The translations under genes and the position numbers were made by a program. Shown here one piece after another: positions 44,087-53,696 of a stretch of DNA of 64,000 bases (its first letter is position 1; the number at the start of each line of letters is the position of its first letter). The DNA comes from a virus (Duplodnaviria > Caudoviricetes), in the IMG/VR virus record IMGVR_UViG_3300037189_030782. The stretch is one strand, 5' to 3'. The notes under the pieces were generated by a model. That model saw only the letters and a list, made by a program, of their open reading frames with translations, did not search any database and was not told where the DNA came from.

Positions 44087-44530
44087 ATGGAAAGTTTTAA
44101 AAAATTTTTAGAAGAGACCGAATCTGAGGAAGAGAGGAACGTAAAAGTTCTTATAGCAAATCTTCCAAAAAATCACAAAAGGATGTTGCATAAGTACAAG
44201 TTTACTTATACGCCAAACAATACTTTAAAAGGTGATGAACAACATATCGGTTATATACATAAAGACAAAATAGTAGTAGCCGCACCTTGGAACTATTCTA
44301 GAAAATTCACAACATTACATGAAATAGCACACTTAGTGTGGGAGCATCTTATCGATGAAAACATGAGAAAATCATGGAAAAAAGTGCTAGATTCCACAGA
44401 AGAAAAAAAACAAGATCAACCACCTGAAGAACTTTTTTGCATGGCGTATGCTTGCTACTACTCTGGAGACCATTGTCCTAGAATCCACGATCATGAAGCA
44501 TGGATGAACTTTATAAAGAAATTAAATTGA
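44087..44530 (+). CDS. HExxH zinc-metallopeptidase-like protein
   Basis: TLHEIAHLVW...EELFCMAYA; start MESFKKFLEE. Confidence 0.65.
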   Translation: MESFKKFLEETESEEERNVKVLIANLPKNHKRMLHKYKFTYTPNNTLKGDEQHIGYIHKDKIVVAAPWNYSRKFTTLHEIAHLVWEHLIDENMRKSWKKVLDSTEEKKQDQPPEELFCMAYACYYSGDHCPRIHDHEAWMNFIKKLN

Positions 44531-44887
44531 ATTAGAGGAATTTTTTATAAGTTTGGACATATAAACGTACTCTGGTATGTCGCCATTTTCCTTAGACTTG
44601 AGATCCTCGTACTCAGAAGCACCACGCCTATAAAGCTCTTGTTTAACGTTTTCAAGCACACCAGTTATAATTGCTATCTTAGAATAACTAGGTTCACAAA
44701 TTAGACCTGCGCAGAGTCTTGTTATCACATAGTTTAAATTACCAGCAGAGTCTAGAAGATTATGAGAAGATATGTCAAAAATCTTATAGTCACGATCTTT
44801 TGGGGCAATCAGTCTAACAATTGCCCAACGAAGAGACTCTATTGCCTCATCCAGCTCTTGCCTGTTTTCTTTGCTAATATATGGCAT
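44522..44887 (-). CDS. DUF6899-like conserved phage protein
   Basis: MPYI...R, GNLNYVIT, GVLENVKQELYRR..S.YED.K..ENGD. Confidence 0.7.
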   Translation of the reverse strand: MPYISKENRQELDEAIESLRWAIVRLIAPKDRDYKIFDISSHNLLDSAGNLNYVITRLCAGLICEPSYSKIAIITGVLENVKQELYRRGASEYEDLKSKENGDIPEYVYMSKLIKNSSNSI

Positions 44888-44901
44888 TGTTTTTTCTCCA
44901 A

Positions 44902-45633
44902 TTAAACAGGCCTAGACTGTAAGTCTGTCATTAACTTTGGAATTGTTACCATAGCTTGTTCAGTCATTCTTTCAAATTCACTTGTCTCCAAACTGAACAC
45001 CTTGTAGTGGTGAACTATTGGATTCTTCATAATCTGAGGCTTATAGCCTGCAGACTGTGCCCTTACTGTTAATATGAAAGAGCCACCAATTTGAGGTAAT
45101 TCTTCTGGCCATGGTCCGATGTTGCTCCAAGCTTCTCTAGTAAAGAGCAAAGTGTAGTCTTGTAAAAATTCCATTCTTTGTGTGCCAACCATATAAGATT
45201 GACTTTCTACACCCACCATGCCAGATTGTTGACCCTCGGAAACATTTATCAATAAATCTATCCAAGCTGGATTCAGAACAACAACATCGCAATGCAAAAA
45301 AACTATGTATTTTGAATTTTTATCTGCTGCTGCTGCTCCTTTGTTGCAAGCAGCGGCCCAGTACAAATTTTTATCGCTTCTTACAACTTTTACTTCACCT
45401 TCTATCTCGCTCAAGAAGTCTTGTGATTCTTTGCCGCTGTTATTATCTACGACTATAATTTCATAGTTGTTGTTAAAAGATGTCACAGCAATAGACTGAA
45501 GACAAATATTCAGATATTCTGGTCTGTCTTTATGCACTACAACAATTGACAAATGTTCATCAGTTGTGTCATGCAACTTTACGCTTAGCTCTGGTCTTTC
45601 GCCTTCTAAAGGGTTGTGGGGCATTTCGGCCAT
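44902..45633 (-). CDS. Glycosyltransferase family 2-like
   Basis: LSIVVVH, EIIVVDNNS, N..WAAACNKG, FLHCDV. Confidence 0.78.
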   Translation of the reverse strand: MAEMPHNPLEGERPELSVKLHDTTDEHLSIVVVHKDRPEYLNICLQSIAVTSFNNNYEIIVVDNNSGKESQDFLSEIEGEVKVVRSDKNLYWAAACNKGAAAADKNSKYIVFLHCDVVVLNPAWIDLLINVSEGQQSGMVGVESQSYMVGTQRMEFLQDYTLLFTREAWSNIGPWPEELPQIGGSFILTVRAQSAGYKPQIMKNPIVHHYKVFSLETSEFERMTEQAMVTIPKLMTDLQSRPV

Positions 45634-45676
45634 GATGATTCTCCTTTTGGTTCGTTAAAATATAAACTTATTAAAG

Positions 45677-45886
45677 TCACTCGTCAATATCAATCTCAAA
45701 TATTCCTCTTTCACAAACGCACTCAATTAATCCGGTTGGAGTTTGAATATTTTCTGCATATTTGGAAACTAAACTTTTTGCATATTGTTCTGCCAAGGTT
45801 CCTGTTTTAAAGCCTTTTTCTACCTTAACTACGCAATATTCACCGTCTACCTGCCTTGCTACAGAAATAATAGCAAAAATCTTCAT
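45677..45886 (-). CDS. Hypothetical protein
   Basis: GGAGG SD; coupled ORF. Confidence 0.6.
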   Translation of the reverse strand: MKIFAIISVARQVDGEYCVVKVEKGFKTGTLAEQYAKSLVSKYAENIQTPTGLIECVCERGIFEIDIDE

Positions 45887-46239
45887 TCAAATTCCTCCTG
45901 TATTTCGACATCCGCAATTGAAATGCCTCTTGAAGAAGCATCATCGGAACCCAACTCTTCTACAACACGGTCAACAATTCTCCCGTTTTTTTCTCTAACT
46001 TTAGCTTGTGCTTTAGAAAGATGTTTTAGGTAGCCAGCTCTCCATTTTGGAAGGGCCTGATGCGGGAATCTAGATGCACTCTTTTTCAGTTCTTCTTTTA
46101 CTTGCTTGGAAACTGATTGTTGGTCAATCCATTTAATTAATTTATGCAGAGTTAAGTTACTAAAGTCACAGGGGGTCTTAGATTCTTCATTGCCCACACT
46201 AATTTTAAATTTGTATCCCTCTGGATTACCTACTGTCAT
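45883..46239 (-). CDS. Hypothetical protein
   Basis: GGAG SD; operonic ORF. Confidence 0.6.
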   Translation of the reverse strand: MTVGNPEGYKFKISVGNEESKTPCDFSNLTLHKLIKWIDQQSVSKQVKEELKKSASRFPHQALPKWRAGYLKHLSKAQAKVREKNGRIVDRVVEELGSDDASSRGISIADVEIQEEFE

Positions 46240-46247
46240 TTTTCCTC

Positions 46248-46574
46248 CTAAATTTTGCTAAACGATTCATAATTTCCACTCTTAACCTGCGAAATCCTGT
46301 CAAGTATTTCTTTTGGTATTTCTGGATTTTCTATATTTTGGGGCACAAGAGAGTCAAGAATGTTACTCTCAAGTAACTCTAGGTCAAAACCAAACTCAGA
46401 TAATTTTTCCTGCTCATCGAAATGAACTTTTCTATTAAAGTAGTCTACCTTTACACTTGTGCTAACTGGCGTTGATTCTGTATCCTCGTTCACATCTTGG
46501 TCTTCTTTAACCTCTTTAAAAGAAATTATCATTGGAAATATGGTTGTATAAGATAAAATTTTGTAATTATTCAT
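46248..46574 (-). CDS. Hypothetical acidic protein
   Basis: Operonic ORF. Confidence 0.6.
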   Translation of the reverse strand: MNNYKILSYTTIFPMIISFKEVKEDQDVNEDTESTPVSTSVKVDYFNRKVHFDEQEKLSEFGFDLELLESNILDSLVPQNIENPEIPKEILDRISQVKSGNYESFSKI

Positions 46575-46629
46575 TTAAATATAAGACCCTTGATAATAAA
46601 TATTCTTACGAAGTTAAAGTAGTAATAAC

Positions 46630-46977
46630 ATGAAAAATCAGTTCAAAAAATACATAGAATTTCAAGAAACAATTGAAAAACACGGCAATTTATATGTTCC
46701 TGAAAATTTCGATTGGGTCAAAGATTTTATTCTGCCTCAGACTGATTTGGAGTTACCGTCCGTTGAAAGAAAATCAATAATTATGACGGTGATGGATAAA
46801 GTAAATCCTATCTATATTCAACTAAAAGATGGATCTAAACTATTTTTTACATATGACGAATTTAAGAGGATATCTGGGGTGCCTGTTATTGGTAAAACTT
46901 TGATTTGGAAGATGCAAAGGCTACCACAGGATAGTTCAATTTATCCCTCTAAAATAACCATGTGCAAGGTTATTTAG
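46630..46977 (+). CDS. Hypothetical protein (MKNQFKKYIE N-terminus)
   Basis: Isolated + ORF with AATAAATA upstream. Confidence 0.6.
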   Translation: MKNQFKKYIEFQETIEKHGNLYVPENFDWVKDFILPQTDLELPSVERKSIIMTVMDKVNPIYIQLKDGSKLFFTYDEFKRISGVPVIGKTLIWKMQRLPQDSSIYPSKITMCKVI

Positions 46978-47167
46978 ACTTAACTTTATCCAAATCTATT
47001 TTGTCCGGGTCTATTCCGGGGCCATATGGAGAGGGAGAATAGTCCTTTTGAAGCTTGTAGATAACTCTATCGGCTACTTTATCAACAAAAACCTTGGTCC
47101 CAATGCCAAAAACTAAAAGTAAGACCGTTAACGCCACAAATAAGTAAACTAATTTATTATTGTTCAT
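46970..47167 (-). CDS. Small membrane-anchored protein
   Basis: N-terminal TM helix. Confidence 0.6.
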   Translation of the reverse strand: MNNNKLVYLFVALTVLLLVFGIGTKVFVDKVADRVIYKLQKDYSPSPYGPGIDPDKIDLDKVKSK

Positions 47168-47188
47168 GTTCCCTCCTATTAATTTTAT

Positions 47189-48208
47189 TTACTGTTGAGT
47201 TTCCAAATTATTAAGCCAATTTTGCCTTTGTGGTGTAACATTTTTTTGTTCAAAAGCAGAAAGTTCCTTTAAAGTAGACTTATACTCATCGTCGGTCTGT
47301 CTTGGTATTTCGAGCTTTAAAGACACTATCATATCACCTATATGAGCTTTAGTTAATACACCTTTTCCCTTAACCTTAAATTTTGTTTGCGGCTGACATC
47401 CTTGAGGAATTTTAACAATTAATCTTTCTTTAAATATAGAGGGTACAAGCAGTTCACAACCAAGTGCAAGCTGGGTATATGAAACTGGAACCTCTATATG
47501 TAAATTAGATCCTTCTCTTTTAAATAAAGGATCATCTTTAACCTTAACTATAATTATTAAATCGCCTTGCCTGCCACCCCTAACAGACTCTTCTCCATCA
47601 CCAGCAAAACTAAGCTGAGCATTGTTTTGTATGCCTGATGGTATTTCTACTTCTATATCCTTTTCTTCATAAGAAGAAAAACCTGTTGCTGCACACTTGT
47701 CACATTTTTTTAATTTTATCTTGCCTAAGCCAGCACAATTTGGACAAGACTGTTTTATAGTGAACGGAACACTAGGAGCTTGTATAAAACCATTACCAGA
47801 GCATTGCTCGCAAATCAAAAAATCTGTGCAACCTTGTCCATCGCAATCGTCGCACCTTTTTCTTTTTTTTGCTTTTACAAATTTCTTACAACCACTGATA
47901 GATTCTAATAAATCAATCTCTAACCTTACAATAACGTTTTTGCCCTTGAATGTACTAGAGCCAAACAAATCAGCAGAAAAGTCAAAATCAAAAGGATTAT
48001 GCTTAGGACTTGACCTTTCTGTGTTTGTTCTCCTAGATTGACCTGTCAAGATTTCATAGGCATGTTGAATCTCTTTAAATCTCTTAGCCGACTCAATATC
48101 ATCAGGATTTAAATCAGGATGATACTTCTTAACTAAGTCTCTATAAGCTTTTTTTATATCATCAAGGGTAGAATTAGATTCTACTCCTAATGCATTATAG
48201 GGATTCAT
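47189..48208 (-). CDS. dnaJ: Chaperone DnaJ (type I)
   Basis: J-domain with HPD, four CxxCxGxG-type repeats, C-terminal GDL..V.V...F.R.G..L domain. Confidence 0.93.
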   Translation of the reverse strand: MNPYNALGVESNSTLDDIKKAYRDLVKKYHPDLNPDDIESAKRFKEIQHAYEILTGQSRRTNTERSSPKHNPFDFDFSADLFGSSTFKGKNVIVRLEIDLLESISGCKKFVKAKKRKRCDDCDGQGCTDFLICEQCSGNGFIQAPSVPFTIKQSCPNCAGLGKIKLKKCDKCAATGFSSYEEKDIEVEIPSGIQNNAQLSFAGDGEESVRGGRQGDLIIIVKVKDDPLFKREGSNLHIEVPVSYTQLALGCELLVPSIFKERLIVKIPQGCQPQTKFKVKGKGVLTKAHIGDMIVSLKLEIPRQTDDEYKSTLKELSAFEQKNVTPQRQNWLNNLETQQ

Positions 48209-48590
48209 TATAGCTGCCTGATTGATCAACTTCCTCGACTGGGTCACTTTCTTCGATTAATACACTCTTTATAGCGTGTGGCTCCATAAAAAATCGATCT
48301 CTATGAGTATCGTCATAGTTTGGAGCTAGAACACCACCACCAGAGATGAGCACTCTATCACCTAAGTTAAAACCCCAAGCATCTTGATTAAAGGATGGGC
48401 CAACGCCTCTAATATAACCCTGCAAAGGTACCTTTAGGTCTGTGTTCTCTGCTAATGTTAAAGTTGTTCCCATCAATTCTTGTGCAGTTAAAATCTCCAC
48501 TAGAACCTGTGAACCCGCTGGCTTTACAGCTGAAATCTTTGGAATAGGGGTAAGCATTGGTGAACCATCTGAGTTTAATATCTTATTCAT
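48195..48590 (-). CDS. groES: GroES/Cpn10-like co-chaperonin
   Basis: VKPAGSQVLVE...G..RGVGP...GDRVL...HAIKSVL. Confidence 0.7.
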   Translation of the reverse strand: MNKILNSDGSPMLTPIPKISAVKPAGSQVLVEILTAQELMGTTLTLAENTDLKVPLQGYIRGVGPSFNQDAWGFNLGDRVLISGGGVLAPNYDDTHRDRFFMEPHAIKSVLIEESDPVEEVDQSGSYNESL

Positions 48591-48598
48591 TTTTTTCC

Positions 48599-49009
48599 TT
48601 AAAAACTAGTGTTTGAATCTTCACCCTCAATAGAGTGTGGGTTTAAAAAATTTGTAATATTAGTTTCATTAGCCAAAACAGTACTAGGAACTAGCTGTAG
48701 ATCGTTTGGTACGATTACGCTCAAATTAGACGTGTCCAAGGTATAGCCCGACATATCCAGTCCATAGTGGCTTGTGCTAAATGTGACTGTATTATACATA
48801 GAATTGTTGCCTCCGGTCTCCCAATTAAATTGAGATTGTTGATAATCTCTTTTTATAAAAGACTTTTTTTGGTCAAATAATTTATCGACTTTACTCTGAC
48901 ACGTTGTATCTTTTAAATCCATGTAACCTGCACACGAATCAGAATATATTTCTTTAGCAAAATCAATTAATTCCTGTCTTGAAAGAATTAAGGTTTCTGG
49001 GGTGCTCAT
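48599..49009 (-). CDS. Hypothetical protein
   Basis: GGAG SD; operonic ORF. Confidence 0.6.
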   Translation of the reverse strand: MSTPETLILSRQELIDFAKEIYSDSCAGYMDLKDTTCQSKVDKLFDQKKSFIKRDYQQSQFNWETGGNNSMYNTVTFSTSHYGLDMSGYTLDTSNLSVIVPNDLQLVPSTVLANETNITNFLNPHSIEGEDSNTSF

Positions 49010-49018
49010 ATTAACTCC

Positions 49019-50539
49019 TTATTTTAAGCCCTGTGGAAATGATAAGGCTCCATGGTTAACAGTCCATGTAACCTTGTGAACAACACCATCAAATAAACCA
49101 GCAGCAGAAGGGCTGCCATTGCCAGATTTTTTGACGCCGCCAAAAGGAAGGTGTGACTCTGCCGCAATACTGCCTCCGTTCCAATAGCCCAAACCAAAGT
49201 CACAGTTGTCTCTAAACTGTCGTGCTTTTTTAAAGTCATTAGTTATCAACCCCAAAGATAAACCATACTCGGTATCATTATAAATCTCAATTGCTTGTTC
49301 TACCGTATCAAAAGGTATAATTGCTAGATGTGGCCCAAATACCTCATTTTTTAGAAATTCTTTATCGCCCCACTCACACTGGTAAACAAAAGGTGCTAAG
49401 TAATTTCCCTTAGGCTCTGGGCTGATTATGTCGTAAAGTATGGTCACATCTTTATCTTCTCTCGCCTTTTGATTAAAACAAGATACCCTTTCTTTTTGAT
49501 CTTTACTAATTAGAGGACCAAAATAAACAGAATAATTTTTAGACTTATCCATATTAAAAGGATCGCCATAGCCAGATAAATGTAATTCACTTAAAAATCT
49601 TTGCTTAAATTCAGGAAGAATATCTCTTTGTATCAATAGTCTTCCAGCCGAAACACATCTCTGTCCGCTTAGTTTAAAAGCACTATTTATGCAAGCGGAA
49701 ACAGCTAAGTCAATATCTGCGTCGTTTAAAACAACCACAGCAGACTTACTGCCCATTTCACAACTACATGTTTTGTGCCAACTATTTGCACAAGCAACTC
49801 TTATTGACCTGCCTACTTCTGCACTGCCTGTAAAGCATATATGATCCACTAAATCGCTATTGACTATTTTGGCCCCAACCTCACCATCTCCATGAATTAA
49901 GTTAAATACGCCTTTGGGAAATCCCGCTTGATCAAAAAGTTCTGCGGTTATCTGTCCGACCATGGGTGTTAATTCACTAGGCTTAAAAACAACGGTATTT
50001 CCTTCAATAAGAGAAGGGCCAGCACACCAAAAACCACCAATAGCAAAGGGAAAATTCCATGGTGCTATTATTGCAACTACACCCTTAGGTTTTCGAACAA
50101 TATAACAATCTTTTTCTGCAATTTCAGAGGGAACAATATCTCCAGAAGTTTCTCTCCCTTTTCCAAAACAATACTGAGCCATATGTAAAGCCTCAATAAC
50201 TTCGGCCTTACTTTCATTAAGGTTTTTACCAGTTTCCAAAGAAATTGCTTTAGCTACGTCGCCAACTCTCTGCTCTAGAATTTTGCAAAGGGACCAAAAG
50301 TAATCTGCTCTTTTTACTTTTGAAATCTTTCGCCAAACATCAAAACCTTTTCTGGCTACTTTCAAGGAATGAGTTATCTCTTCAGAATTAGTCTGAGGAA
50401 ATCCGCCAATAATTTCTTCTGTGGATGGATTGTAACTCAAAAAGTCTTCTCTTTGTGCTATCCAACTACCATCTACAAAGTTTTTGCCAATATACTTTTC
50501 CACAAAGCCTCCATTTAAATATTTTATGCAATCAATCAA
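49019..50539 (-). CDS. NAD(P)-dependent aldehyde dehydrogenase (probable GTG start at 50503)
   Basis: IAPWNFP, FKPSE, FTGSAEVG, catalytic E in EMGSK, catalytic C in GQRCVS, EVFGP, PFGGVKKSGNG. Confidence 0.95.
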   Translation of the reverse strand: MIDCIKYLNGGFVEKYIGKNFVDGSWIAQREDFLSYNPSTEEIIGGFPQTNSEEITHSLKVARKGFDVWRKISKVKRADYFWSLCKILEQRVGDVAKAISLETGKNLNESKAEVIEALHMAQYCFGKGRETSGDIVPSEIAEKDCYIVRKPKGVVAIIAPWNFPFAIGGFWCAGPSLIEGNTVVFKPSELTPMVGQITAELFDQAGFPKGVFNLIHGDGEVGAKIVNSDLVDHICFTGSAEVGRSIRVACANSWHKTCSCEMGSKSAVVVLNDADIDLAVSACINSAFKLSGQRCVSAGRLLIQRDILPEFKQRFLSELHLSGYGDPFNMDKSKNYSVYFGPLISKDQKERVSCFNQKAREDKDVTILYDIISPEPKGNYLAPFVYQCEWGDKEFLKNEVFGPHLAIIPFDTVEQAIEIYNDTEYGLSLGLITNDFKKARQFRDNCDFGLGYWNGGSIAAESHLPFGGVKKSGNGSPSAAGLFDGVVHKVTWTVNHGALSFPQGLK

Positions 50540-51542
50540 AAAAGTTCAAAAAATAACATTTTTCGTCTTTTTCACCGAGCAATACGGCATGAATGAGTTT
50601 GTTTCTAATTAAGCTACGGTCGAAAGCATTCAATGCTTCATGCTTTGATTTGTAAGTTTGGAAAATATTTTCACAGTCCAAGAAACAATAGTTCTCATCA
50701 CTTTGTTGTATTATCTGTATACTTGGCACAACCACACAAAAATTGTCGAATATGGGTTTTTCGTTTGCTTGTGGAAATTTTTCTAAAATCTTTAATGCCT
50801 TCTTTGTTCTTTTAGAAGCTATATCAAAAAAAGCACGAAGAGGGTAAACTCTTGGCTCATAAAGAACCTCACCGTACGGAGCAATATGCCCTACAATCAA
50901 GTTTTCTGATATGTGAAACCCCATTATCTTAGCTAAAATAGTTGAAGTTGAAAGTATACTGATAGGGTGAAAACCGTAATACAACTTGTTTGTCTCTTCT
51001 ATAAGACCAATAGAATTCTTAACTTCATCTGCTAGAAACATGCACCCTATTTCTTCGTATCTTTTTGCCTTCTTATTCGCCAGCTTAATATCATTTTTGT
51101 AAGACTCATCAAACCTCATAAATTTATCAAAAGAATCAGGAGATGACTCCCAATTACTTTGTAGATTTTTGCAGAAAGAATATAGATCAATATTTTGAAC
51201 ATTTTTTAAAGATCTTATTTCTTCTCTAAGTGATTTGTTTTTTATAAGCCTTGTTTTAAAAGAAGAAAAAGAAGTTACTTTAGAAATTGAAGAAATTATC
51301 TTCTCTTCTGAGAAATTTCCTTCTATCAAAGAATAAAAAATCTCTAAAATATCAGGATGAGTCTCATCTACTTTACCTTCAAATACAGTATCAGTAAATT
51401 CTTTAAGTAATTGTCTTACTTTTTTTAGCGACAATGAGGCCAATATATCTCTGCGTCCAGAAATGTATATTCCTTTGTCAGACTTACTCAAAAGAGAAAA
51501 ACAAACTTCTTGAGTTTTTGGAACACTACTTTTGAACTTCAT
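50532..51542 (-). CDS. Hypothetical protein (336 aa)
   Basis: Coupled ORF between infC and the ALDH gene. Confidence 0.65.
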   Translation of the reverse strand: MKFKSSVPKTQEVCFSLLSKSDKGIYISGRRDILASLSLKKVRQLLKEFTDTVFEGKVDETHPDILEIFYSLIEGNFSEEKIISSISKVTSFSSFKTRLIKNKSLREEIRSLKNVQNIDLYSFCKNLQSNWESSPDSFDKFMRFDESYKNDIKLANKKAKRYEEIGCMFLADEVKNSIGLIEETNKLYYGFHPISILSTSTILAKIMGFHISENLIVGHIAPYGEVLYEPRVYPLRAFFDIASKRTKKALKILEKFPQANEKPIFDNFCVVVPSIQIIQQSDENYCFLDCENIFQTYKSKHEALNAFDRSLIRNKLIHAVLLGEKDEKCYFLNFFD

Positions 51543-52069
51543 GATGATACTTTAGGACTTAAACAACAAATTATTTTATTTCCATCAAGCTTTGGAGGCC
51601 TATCTAAAAGAGAAACCTCAGATAAACTTGAAATAATATGATTTATAACTGTAAAACCTTTTTCTTTATGTATCAGTTCTCTTTGACCCTTAAACATCAG
51701 ATTAAACTGAACTTTCATCCTGTCTTCCAAAAAATCCTTGGCTTGTGAAATTTTAACGGCTATATCGTTGTCAGCTATAGTAGGCCTTAATCTTAATTCC
51801 TTTATTTGAACCTTAGATTCTTTTTGTTTTTTAGCCTGCTCTTTTTTCTTAAGTTGTTGTTCGTATTTAAAGCGTCCATAATCAATTATTTTACAAACAG
51901 GTGGCTTTGCTGCTGGGGCGACTTCAACCAAGTCGAGCCCAGCTTCTTCGGCAATCCTTCTTGCCTTATCTGTATTCATTACACCAAGTTGTTTGTCATC
52001 CATGACAACACGAACTTGAAAAGATTTAATCTTCCAATTAATTCTAAAATCTTCTGGATCTATCGACAT
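51539..52069 (-). CDS. infC: Translation initiation factor IF-3
   Basis: IN..I...VRV...QLGVM....A...A....LDLVEVAP..KPPVCKIIDYGRFKYE...KELRLRP.I..ND. Confidence 0.96.
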   Translation of the reverse strand: MSIDPEDFRINWKIKSFQVRVVMDDKQLGVMNTDKARRIAEEAGLDLVEVAPAAKPPVCKIIDYGRFKYEQQLKKKEQAKKQKESKVQIKELRLRPTIADNDIAVKISQAKDFLEDRMKVQFNLMFKGQRELIHKEKGFTVINHIISSLSEVSLLDRPPKLDGNKIICCLSPKVSS

Positions 52070-52075
52070 TATTTT

Positions 52076-53683
52076 TTATGCCTTTGGAGAACTATTGATA
52101 CCTTTTAGTAAAGAAGAACCGGTTTCTAGACATACATTAATAACAGAAAGTTCAACTGAATTTAAAGCCAATTTTATAGAACTTTCTAGTTCTTCTTCTG
52201 TTACTGCTTTATATCCAAAACCACCAACCATCATATCAAATACTTTATGGTAATTCCAGTCTCTTATAGAAATATTTTTTTCAAGTAATTTTTCTGTTGC
52301 ATATCCTTTATTATTTAAAACAAATACAATCGGATTTAATTTATGTTGGAGTATTGTACTTAATTCTGATAGCGACATCTGGAAAGCTCCGTCACCAACT
52401 AAAACTATGGGACGAATATTGGGCTTTGCCAATTGAAGCCCAAGTGCTCCGGGAATCGCTAAGCCCATACTGCAATAAAAAGCAGGGCTTATAAAATGAT
52501 GTTGACAAACTTTCAAACTAGATGCACCTAATAGACATTCACCTATATCAGCTACAACAGCAACTTTTTCATTTAAAATACTGTTTATTTTTTGAAAGAA
52601 TCTTTCAACAGTTATCGTATTGTTAGAAGGAACAAATTCTAGAATTTCTGGTTTTTTTATGCATGGGGCTTCTTTTTTGCCAAGCTCTAACTTAAAAAAC
52701 CCTCTACAGAAATCTAAAAATTTTACGTCTTTAAAAACATGATTCTTAATTTTTAACCCTTCTGTTGAGCAAAATATAATTTGTTTTTTAGTAAACTTTG
52801 GCGTTTCGAACCCAGCAATCATATCAGTAAGCATTTCACCCAATATTAGTAGACAGTCTGATCCGTCTACAATATTTCTAACATGATCTTGGCTAGTTTG
52901 ATTTCCGCAATAAACACCGGCAAAAAGAGGATGGTCTTCATTCACAGATGACTTACTCAAAAGTGTCGTGACCATCGGAATATTATGTTTTTCTGCAAAC
53001 CTAATTAGCTGTTCATTTAAGCCAAATCTAGTGATTTGAACCCCAACCATAATCACAGGATTCTTTGATAAAACCAACCACTCAGCGGTTTCTTGTATAG
53101 AATCTTTCAGGGAATCTTCATCGCTCTTTTGGCTTTCTGGTGTGCCTTGTCTGTAGACATCATATTTAATCGGCTGTGTTGCAATGTCTCTGGGTAACTC
53201 AATATAAATTGGTTGCTTATTTTGTTTTATAATTTCTAAGGCATTATCAATCTTCCAGCCAGCCGTAGTGGCATCGTCTAGAACAACACTATGGCATGTA
53301 ATATGTTTAAATATTTTTTGTTGATTATCAAAGCTTTCAACAACATGATGCAAAAGAAAGTCCTCGTTACGCTCTTTAATTCCAGGAGAACCACTTATAA
53401 CTATTATTGGGGACTTCTCTGCGTATGCTCCTGCCACGGCATTACATAATTTTAATGCTCCAACACTGTAGGTGGCACAAACACAACCTATACCATGTGC
53501 TCTTGCATAAGCATCCGCTGCAAATCCAGAATGATTCTCATCAGTATTGTTTACAAAAACAACTTTTTCGCTTTGATTTGCACTATTGATGAAGTCCACT
53601 AGATAATCTCCGGGAACTCCGAATATGTGCTTTACACCAAAGTTACCCAGTCTTTCAATCAGAAATTCGGCAACTGACGGCAT
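52076..53683 (-). CDS. TPP-dependent 2-keto-acid decarboxylase (pyruvate/indolepyruvate decarboxylase family)
   Basis: FGVPGDY, DE..SGFAADAYAR, NAVAGAYAE, LLHH, GDGAFQM...NNKGYATE. Confidence 0.93.
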   Translation of the reverse strand: MPSVAEFLIERLGNFGVKHIFGVPGDYLVDFINSANQSEKVVFVNNTDENHSGFAADAYARAHGIGCVCATYSVGALKLCNAVAGAYAEKSPIIVISGSPGIKERNEDFLLHHVVESFDNQQKIFKHITCHSVVLDDATTAGWKIDNALEIIKQNKQPIYIELPRDIATQPIKYDVYRQGTPESQKSDEDSLKDSIQETAEWLVLSKNPVIMVGVQITRFGLNEQLIRFAEKHNIPMVTTLLSKSSVNEDHPLFAGVYCGNQTSQDHVRNIVDGSDCLLILGEMLTDMIAGFETPKFTKKQIIFCSTEGLKIKNHVFKDVKFLDFCRGFFKLELGKKEAPCIKKPEILEFVPSNNTITVERFFQKINSILNEKVAVVADIGECLLGASSLKVCQHHFISPAFYCSMGLAIPGALGLQLAKPNIRPIVLVGDGAFQMSLSELSTILQHKLNPIVFVLNNKGYATEKLLEKNISIRDWNYHKVFDMMVGGFGYKAVTEEELESSIKLALNSVELSVINVCLETGSSLLKGINSSPKA

Positions 53684-53696
53684 CTATGTCTCCAAC

